Origin: Mobula hypostoma
Lineage: Eukaryota
NCBI RefSeq assembly: GCF_963921235.1
Contig: NC_086108.1
Coordinates: 48,486,001-48,550,000, forward strand
Length of the DNA: 64,000 bases
Direction: 5' to 3'
Each line of letters starts with the position of its first letter. Position 1 is the first letter of the stretch. A program made the position numbers and the translations under genes. Below the pieces are notes generated by a model. The model did no database searches. It was not told the origin of the DNA and was given only the letters and a program-made list of their open reading frames with translations. Shown here piece by piece: positions 60,701 to 64,000 of the stretch.

Positions 60701-61071
60701 TCAGTTAAGAGGGAGAAGATGTATGGGTAGGTACAAAGTGTAGGAAACTTTACATTAACCATCATTATTCCAACTTGTCTGCAAGCAGAAAAAAAAACAA
60801 TGTGTAAACATTGCAGAAATGAGCAAATTTTAAAAGGCCGTTATTCACACAATGGATTCCAATAAAGTTAATTGCTAAAAGCTCTATAAAAGCTACAATT
60901 CACAAGCATCAACGCCGCAGACCTTGTATTGATTGTACTATGCAGATATCAATGAGTGCAGACAGAATGTATGCCGTCCCGATCAACAATGCAAGAACAC
61001 TCGAGGGGGATTTCGGTGCATTGATCTGTGTCCAAGTGGAATGACCAAAGCTGAAAATGGAAGCTGTATTG
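493..61071 (+). CDS. HMCN1: Hemicentin-1 (fibulin-6), partial multi-exon gene: 22 exons encoding Ig x5 - TSP1 x6 - G2F - cbEGF repeats; continues beyond both window ends
   Basis: The domain order Ig-TSP1(6)-G2F-EGF is diagnostic, and TSP1 repeats distinguish HMCN1 from HMCN2. All 22 exons have AG/GT boundaries and compatible phases, summing to 3585 nt. Confidence 0.96.
1545..1735 (+). CDS. HMCN1: HMCN1 exon, N-terminal part of Ig domain (IPPSM...VENAV)
   Basis: ttttacag| acceptor, GTG|gtaagt donor; [15 protein letters not shown]; 191 nt. Confidence 0.94.
2200..2490 (+). mobile_element. Degenerate tRNA-derived SINE (V-SINE/HE1-like); boundaries approximate
   Basis: Core GTGGGTTTCCTCCAGGTGCTCCAGTTTCCTCCCAC at ~2270-2303; related copies at ~13985-14265, ~40190-40270, ~43585-43860 (+) and ~13390-13710 (-). 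Confidence 0.65.
2537..2750 (+). CDS. HMCN1: HMCN1 exon, Ig end plus next Ig start (PDDTGSYTC...NNIIP)
   Basis: ctgccag| acceptor, CCTG|gtaaga donor; 214 nt, phase 0-1. Confidence 0.94.
3422..3556 (+). CDS. HMCN1: HMCN1 exon, Ig C-terminal half (DSGTYVC...VYVK)
   Basis: cctacag| acceptor, AAAG|gtgaat donor; 135 nt. Confidence 0.94.
4445..5910 (-). mobile_element. 5'-truncated CR1 LINE (RT and 3' end), degenerate
   Basis: ORF 5030..5665 with [27 protein letters not shown]1 C-terminus [13 protein letters not shown] in 4579..4803. Confidence 0.9.
6102..6292 (+). CDS. HMCN1: HMCN1 exon, Ig N-terminal part (EPPIFDG...IYGTV)
   Basis: tgcacag| acceptor, GTG|gtaagc donor; manual translation gives [15 protein letters not shown] (frame not in the ORF track); 191 nt. 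Confidence 0.93.
7530..11318 (-). pseudogene. L1 ORF2p (APE endonuclease, RT, Cys-rich C-terminus), ~1260 codons, with one in-frame TAA at 9612-9614
   Basis: ORFs 9612..11318 and 7530..9539 are in one frame ([13 protein letters not shown]); motifs SYNVNG, LQETH, GGDFN, SRIDY, SDH, RQGCP, FADD, CWRRC...HIFWDC. Confidence 0.93.
11681..12667 (-). CDS. L1 ORF1p (coiled coil, RRM, CTD), intact, 328 aa
   Basis: [31 protein letters not shown] motifs typical of L1 ORF1. Confidence 0.92.
   Translation of the reverse strand: MMPKNKNKKPAPKADKHKETQQGDGPSSPTASQDGDNEGESVTLSLILGEIREFRQDNSKQLEDIKGDIVKTNSRIDEAKARIVGIEEKLQNAEEVIAEMLKLQDQLQWKLIDQEGRSRRENVRIYGVPEGTEGKPGLMIPFVEKLLRENLDIPAAKDLQIERAHRALAPQPPAGAQPRSILVRFLSYRTKEEVLKRAWQKKGFMWNNCKISLDHDYAPGILARRKEYTETRRVLKENNIRFQTLYPARLRVFYDEGTKTYATVEEATSDLADQGLPIKVITQPESLLERIRQKSWQLVGRGRSTRNRVSNYKEKLQIFRRECTENTD
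14428..14509 (+). CDS. HMCN1: HMCN1 exon, Ig C-terminal part (NEDAGDYKC...LTLQ)
   Basis: ctttttag| acceptor, CAGA|gtaagt donor; 82 nt, phase 0-1; absent from the ORF track. Confidence 0.93.
15050..15715 (-). mobile_element. Degenerate Rex1/Babar-type LINE 3' fragment; boundaries approximate
   Basis: VIGRISGGD...EWSHNNNL...[11 protein letters not shown] matches the RT C-terminus of this clade as I recall it; related remnants at ~30680-31815 and ~51860-52670. Confidence 0.6.
16091..16960 (-). mobile_element. 5'-truncated L1 fragment (ORF2 C-terminus and A-rich tail), a different family from the full-length copy
   Basis: ORF 16335..17093: QFKMVHRAY...CDRC...SLIHMFW; T-rich tract at ~16091-16130 on + strand. 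Confidence 0.8.
17539..17808 (+). CDS. HMCN1: HMCN1 exon, last Ig domain (SSPVF...LTVQ)
   Basis: cctgcag| acceptor, CAAG|gtttgg donor; [15 protein letters not shown]...DTSEYEC; 270 nt. Confidence 0.94.
20081..23438 (-). mobile_element. Short RTE-clade 3'-end element (20081-20212 plus ~23243-23438), itself interrupted by a CR1
   Basis: Minus strand reads GAGAGTGAGGCAGACGCTGCGCAATTCTCCCTCACTTAAATCCAA...GAACAACAAC, a (CAA)n-tailed RTE/MAR1-like 3' end (recognised from memory); the halves rejoin as ccaattc|ccatctg. Confidence 0.65.
20213..23242 (-). mobile_element. Younger CR1 LINE with nearly complete ORF2 (EN and RT) and few lesions
   Basis: ORFs 22599..23246 (EN), 21056..22681 (RT), 20507..21052 (C-terminus); frameshift near the A-run at ~22630, in-frame stop at 21056-21058, frameshift at the C-run ~20520; tail reads catagaaacatagaaacatag on +. 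Confidence 0.93.
25827..28081 (+). mobile_element. hAT (Buster/Charlie-type) DNA transposon with a decayed, internally deleted transposase
   Basis: TIR CAGTGGTTCTCAAA at both ends; flanks ATCTAGAC / GTCTAGCC (6/8, NTCTAGAN-type TSD); [25 protein letters not shown] and [12 protein letters not shown] remnants. Confidence 0.9.
28200..30040 (+). mobile_element. Degenerate, internally deleted CR1 (esterase ORF1 end, EN, 3' end)
   Basis: VHFDTNDI...SRVVISG, YLNAQS, YKPPSS, MGDF, ESRTRGH motifs. Confidence 0.82.
30333..30503 (+). CDS. HMCN1: HMCN1 exon, TSP1 repeat 1
   Basis: [19 protein letters not shown]...CP; 171 nt, phase 1-1, AG/GT. Confidence 0.95.
32831..33035 (-). repeat. 3' LTR of the Gypsy element
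   Basis: Direct repeat of 37553-37757 (about 23 mismatches in 205 by hand count); adjacent polypurine tract. Confidence 0.93.
37553..37757 (-). repeat. 5' LTR of the Gypsy element
   Basis: TG...CA ends; followed on the minus strand by a PBS (37539-37549) complementary to a tRNA-Ser(GCU)-type 3' end. Confidence 0.93.
38701..38871 (+). CDS. HMCN1: HMCN1 exon, TSP1 repeat 2
   Basis: [19 protein letters not shown]; 171 nt, AG/GT. Confidence 0.95.
40559..40729 (+). CDS. HMCN1: HMCN1 exon, TSP1 repeat 3
   Basis: [19 protein letters not shown]; 171 nt, AG/GT. Confidence 0.95.
41186..41356 (+). CDS. HMCN1: HMCN1 exon, TSP1 repeat 4
   Basis: [19 protein letters not shown]; 171 nt, AG/GT. Confidence 0.95.
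42748..42918 (+). CDS. HMCN1: HMCN1 exon, TSP1 repeat 5
   Basis: [18 protein letters not shown]; 171 nt, AG/GT. Confidence 0.95.
44417..44587 (+). CDS. HMCN1: HMCN1 exon, TSP1 repeat 6
   Basis: Manual translation [21 protein letters not shown]...CP; 171 nt, aag|/|gtttgt. Confidence 0.94.
45589..45738 (+). CDS. HMCN1: HMCN1 exon, G2F (nidogen G2-like) domain start
   Basis: [20 protein letters not shown]; 150 nt, AG/GT. Confidence 0.94.
46300..46437 (+). CDS. HMCN1: HMCN1 exon, G2F domain
   Basis: Manual translation [32 protein letters not shown]...VEFAT; 138 nt. Confidence 0.93.
47438..48734 (-). mobile_element. Non-autonomous pogo/Tigger-like DNA transposon
   Basis: TA|CAGGTTTCCCCC...GGGGGACACCTG|TA; acidic transposase C-terminal remnant [29 protein letters not shown] (48207..48407). 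Confidence 0.85.
49010..49110. repeat. CT-rich low-complexity tract
   Basis: Near-pure pyrimidine run. Confidence 0.7.
49844..49965 (+). CDS. HMCN1: HMCN1 exon, G2F domain
   Basis: Manual translation [27 protein letters not shown]...NVK; 122 nt, phase 1-0. Confidence 0.93.
50551..51333. mobile_element. Composite hAT MITE (Charlie/MER1-like ends) containing a second hAT and a Tigger end
   Basis: TIRs CAG(T/G)GGTCCCCAACC; perfect 8-bp TSD GGATAGAG at 50543-50550 and 51334-51341. Confidence 0.92.
50681..51237. mobile_element. Inner hAT MITE with TAGGGTT termini
   Basis: 8-bp TSD CTTGAACA at 50673-50680 and 51238-51245; TAGGGTTGCCAACT left end; AGTTGGCAACCCTA at 51189-51202 and a second AACCCTA at 51231-51237. 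Confidence 0.85.
51600..51837 (+). CDS. HMCN1: HMCN1 exon, G2F domain end
   Basis: [20 protein letters not shown]...IITK; 238 nt, phase 0-1. Confidence 0.94.
52760..53810 (+). mobile_element. Penelope-like element 3' portion with decayed GIY-YIG endonuclease
   Basis: [31 protein letters not shown] and ATHFN...[15 protein letters not shown]; pyrimidine-rich 3' region and an end homologous to the neighbouring element. Confidence 0.85.
54002..54037 (-). ncRNA. Minimal type I hammerhead ribozyme motif (second, inverted copy)
   Basis: Minus strand AGTC-CTGACGA-A-GGGTCTCGGCCC-GAAA-CATC-GACT. Confidence 0.7.
54490..54525 (+). ncRNA. Minimal type I hammerhead ribozyme motif (Penelope-associated)
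   Basis: AGTC-CTGACGA-A-GGGTCTCAGCCC-GAAA-CATC-GACT: CUGANGA and GAAA boxes, stem II, stem I AGTC/GACT; activity unknown. Confidence 0.7.
55890..56660 (-). mobile_element. Degenerate Rex1/Babar-type LINE endonuclease fragment; boundaries approximate
   Basis: [16 protein letters not shown]...AVDFN...[10 protein letters not shown] in ORF 56274..56630. Confidence 0.65.
57127..57189 (+). CDS. HMCN1: HMCN1 exon, linker/partial EGF ([11 protein letters not shown]...FCS)
   Basis: atgcag| acceptor, CAG|gtgggt donor; 63 nt. Confidence 0.9.
57299..57418 (+). CDS. HMCN1: HMCN1 exon, cbEGF ([11 protein letters not shown]...TCQ)
   Basis: Six-Cys EGF pattern; 120 nt, AG/GT. Confidence 0.94.
58608..59780. 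mobile_element. CR1 copy with an inverted 5' segment (58608-59070 minus; 59071-~59780 plus)
   Basis: Minus part SQHGF...LDFQKA...[10 protein letters not shown]; plus part starts at [10 protein letters not shown] and runs to the CR1 3' end. Confidence 0.85.
59870..60004 (+). CDS. HMCN1: HMCN1 exon, cbEGF (DIDECASSG...SCQ)
   Basis: DIDEC...[10 protein letters not shown]; 135 nt, AG/GT. Confidence 0.94.
60613..60726 (+). CDS. HMCN1: HMCN1 exon, cbEGF ([11 protein letters not shown]...RCM)
   Basis: [10 protein letters not shown]; 114 nt, AG/GT. Confidence 0.94.
60946..61071 (+). CDS. HMCN1: HMCN1 exon, cbEGF ([10 protein letters not shown]...SCI)
   Basis: [10 protein letters not shown]; 126 nt, AG/GT. 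Confidence 0.94.
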
Positions 61072-61859
61072 GTAAGTTTGAAGCAGTGTGTTTGCTCTGA
61101 TTTCTAAGCATTGGTAGTAGTTTGGAATAAAATGGATCATATTTTTTTCTGCATCAATAGATGCTGACACTGCAGTTTGTTTAAAAGTTAGTAAAGCTAG
61201 TACTTAGTGCAGTTGCACCTCAGAATCATCAATTCCTTAAAGGCTTATAACACTTAGTTACCTTGAGCCAGGATTCATTAACCTTTCTAATATATTGCAT
61301 TAACCTAGTCAAGATTAGAGGGAATAAATTTAAATTGCTTAATCCCTGGGAAGGAACTGGTGGTAGAAATTGTCTGAGAACTTTGTTGTGCCACCTTTAC
61401 GCCACCCCCACCAAAAAAAAACTCTTTAAGAGATATATTAATGTTCTGCTATTTTGGCTGCATAGATTTGCCTCAAGGAGCTCCTGGGAAAACAAGGCAG
61501 CTGTAGTCAGCTAAAGACTTTTGTGGGTATAGGAGAATACTGCTATTTTGCCTGAGCACAAAATCGTAACAAAAACTTAGTTCTCTGGTGAAATATCCTT
61601 TAAAGAATACTGTATAATGCTTAAAGGAAGGATTGCTTGAAGCTGCCGGTAGGTTTTTAAGATAATTGCAGTTGGGCTCTGATGGCACGTTTAAGGATGG
61701 AAACTGAGTGCTTAAACAATTTCCTGCCTGTGTTTTGTTTGGAGGTGGAGGGAAGACTGAGGGTAGTGAGTGTCCATCTAAAAGCTTAACTGTAAATTGG
61801 TTCAGCTGGACAAAAGCGAGTACAAGAATGCAGATGGGGAAAATAAAGCACATTAGAAA

Positions 61860-63700
61860 CTAGCAAATCCCTGGAGTGATATACTACATTCCTAGGGTTC
61901 TCCTAGAGTTAGCTGTGGACATCATGAATAGATTGGTGATCTTCCAAAGTTTCCTAAGCTCTGAAGATGTTTTGTCTATTTGGAAGCAGGTAGCAAATGT
62001 GGCATTATTATTTAAAAATGCATGAGAAACCAGGGAACATGGACATAATTAACAGGAAGTTGCTGCTATCTGTTATAAAGGATGAGTTAACACTGAGCTT
62101 ACTTAGAAAATCAAAATATGAGAGTCGACATGATGAAAGAGAAATCATAAATGATGAGATTAATTCATTGAGAATGCAACCAGAAGGTATTTAAGGGAGA
62201 ATCAATGCATGTGCTATATCTGGATTTTGAAAAGACTGTTGATCTAACATAAGAAGTCGAAGTATGGAGATATTATTACCCTCTGAAGAGACTGGCACAT
62301 TGGGAATCGCTATGATAAACAAATCCTTTTTATATTTGACAGGTGTTTAGGATCTTAGGGATCAGTATGGAGCCTTTTATCACCATCTATAGGGATTATG
62401 GGACCATGGCCTAGAAATTCATATGGAATTCCATTATTACCCTCCATCTGAAAGTCTTTTTTTTCTTTTGCTGCACCAGAACATGCTCGAAATAAAGCTT
62501 GGTCAAATTGTGATCTTTGGGAAATTTGACCAGGCTCTTCTGGTTCAAGCTTCTGTAAATGACATGAATTTAATAGCAGAACTACATAAAATGACATCAA
62601 TCCTCATGTAATGCTCCTCCTGAAGCATTATTGGGGAAATATGCCCACATCGTGCCTGAACCAGTTGGACACTTCTAGGACAACCTCGTTTCTCAACACT
62701 GCAATGGACAGGGATCTCATGATACCAAGTGCCATTACATTCTTCCTTTCTCTCAGTCACCAACCGCAACCAACAACATCATCAATATTTCCCCTGCCCA
62801 AAGTATGCGTGACTCTTCTGCTGGTAATCAATTCTACTTCTGCCCCTTAGACTGTAATCCAACCCTCCATAGCCAGCCCATCCCCTACCTTACCTAACAG
62901 GACAGAGCACAGGAGTGAGATTGTTGACAGTTCAATAGTGTTCAAGCTGCAACAATACCTGGACTGTGCTAGAATACCCAAAACTGCGGGTGGTACCGAA
63001 TTAGGTGAGAAAGTGAGCACTGAGGTCATGGATTGCATAAGAAAGCAAGACACAATGGAAAGTGAAAGGAAGGTGTGAGGAACAGAACTGGCTTTAAAAT
63101 GGTACAATAGCAAAAAAATAATGGTGCACAATTGTACCAAAGTAAGAAAGTCTTGCTAAATTGTGTTCATATTTTCTGAGGCTACACATGGATTCCTATG
63201 AGCAGTCGACAGGCTCTGGACAAAGAGGGAGATGTCTTGCTGAGAACCAGTGTAGCATGGATTCACTCAACTGATCCCTAGGCTGAGGGGTTGTATTATT
63301 AACAGAAAGACTCAGTGGAAATGATTGATCTTTATCTACAGTTTGTAAAAGTGGAAGGTGACCTCATTAAAGCTCAAGGTTCTAAAGGGGGTTGACGAGG
63401 TAGATGCCAGGAGACTCTTTCTTCTGGTTGGCGTGTCTGAAACTGGGTAGCGGAATGAGGAGAAAGCATCAGCTATTTGGGACTGAGATTCATACTTCTA
63501 TGCTTTAAGTCCTTGGAATTTTCTATCACTAGGGCCTATGGCTAATCAATCAGTGTATGCAAGACAAAAATTGGTAGATTGTTCATCAAAAATAGGAGTG
63601 GGGAGGAAAGTGGATGCAGTATAGAACTGTTCATGTATTTCACAAAGAGAATGACAGAATAGATTGAGGAACTGCAGGGCTCACAGCCTCTGTTTCATAC
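61860..63700 (+). mobile_element. Very old CR1-like remnants; boundaries uncertain
   Basis: Traces of 'W..ANV..LFK', 'YLDFEK' and a C-terminal-like stretch; no open frames. Confidence 0.4.
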
Positions 63701-64000
63701 AATGACTATCCACTTTTCCACTGCTGGCTGCCTATTTTCAGGATAGTCACCTGTTGCCAATCTCTTCTGTCAGAGGGATTGCAAAATACAGTTATTGATT
63801 GATTGATAGATATCTGCTAGAATTTGAATTCTTTGTGGAGTTTCTCCAAATACTGAAGCAAAATATTGCAGATTTAGGAAATAGCATGTTAGGCAGCATC
63901 TTTAACCTGAAGTGTTAATCCTATTTTAGTTAAGATAGTCAGAGACAGAGGGCAATATGGCATGCATACACTCCCTTCAGCCCAGTAAGTCCACCCAACC

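Noticed and set aside
851..61514. ORF-track extensions of HMCN1 exons past donor sites, as alternative termini
   Set aside because: These are read-through into introns; canonical GT donors with matching phases explain the true boundaries.
1..64000. Prokaryotic-type systems (CRISPR arrays, retrons, operons) suggested by the many RT and nuclease ORFs
   Set aside because: The DNA is a spliced vertebrate gene. Every RT or nuclease ORF is explained by LINE, LTR, Penelope or DNA transposon context, and I saw no regularly spaced repeat-spacer array.

Overview
Eukaryotic (vertebrate) genomic DNA; the repeat repertoire suggests a cartilaginous fish, probably a ray (inference). The window holds 22 consecutive + strand coding exons of hemicentin-1 (HMCN1): the last five Ig domains, six TSP1 repeats, the G2F/nidogen-like domain and the first calcium-binding EGF repeats. 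All have GT-AG boundaries with matching phases (3585 nt spliced); the gene is open at both window ends. The introns are packed with transposable elements: a full-length L1 with a 15-bp TSD and a single nonsense codon; a three-level CR1>RTE>CR1 nest; a Buster/Charlie hAT; a Tc1 (DD34E) carrying a full Gypsy LTR element; a Tigger derivative with a long internal hairpin; a composite hAT>hAT>Tigger MITE; Penelope-like elements, one forming a ~300-bp inverted repeat with two minimal hammerhead ribozyme motifs; a 5'-inverted CR1; and Rex1/Babar and V-SINE remnants. I found no convincing evidence for a wholly new gene system. The best leads are the ribozyme-bearing Penelope hairpin, the composite MITE with a shifted terminus and the twin-priming-like CR1. 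All family names come from motif recognition, not database searches.
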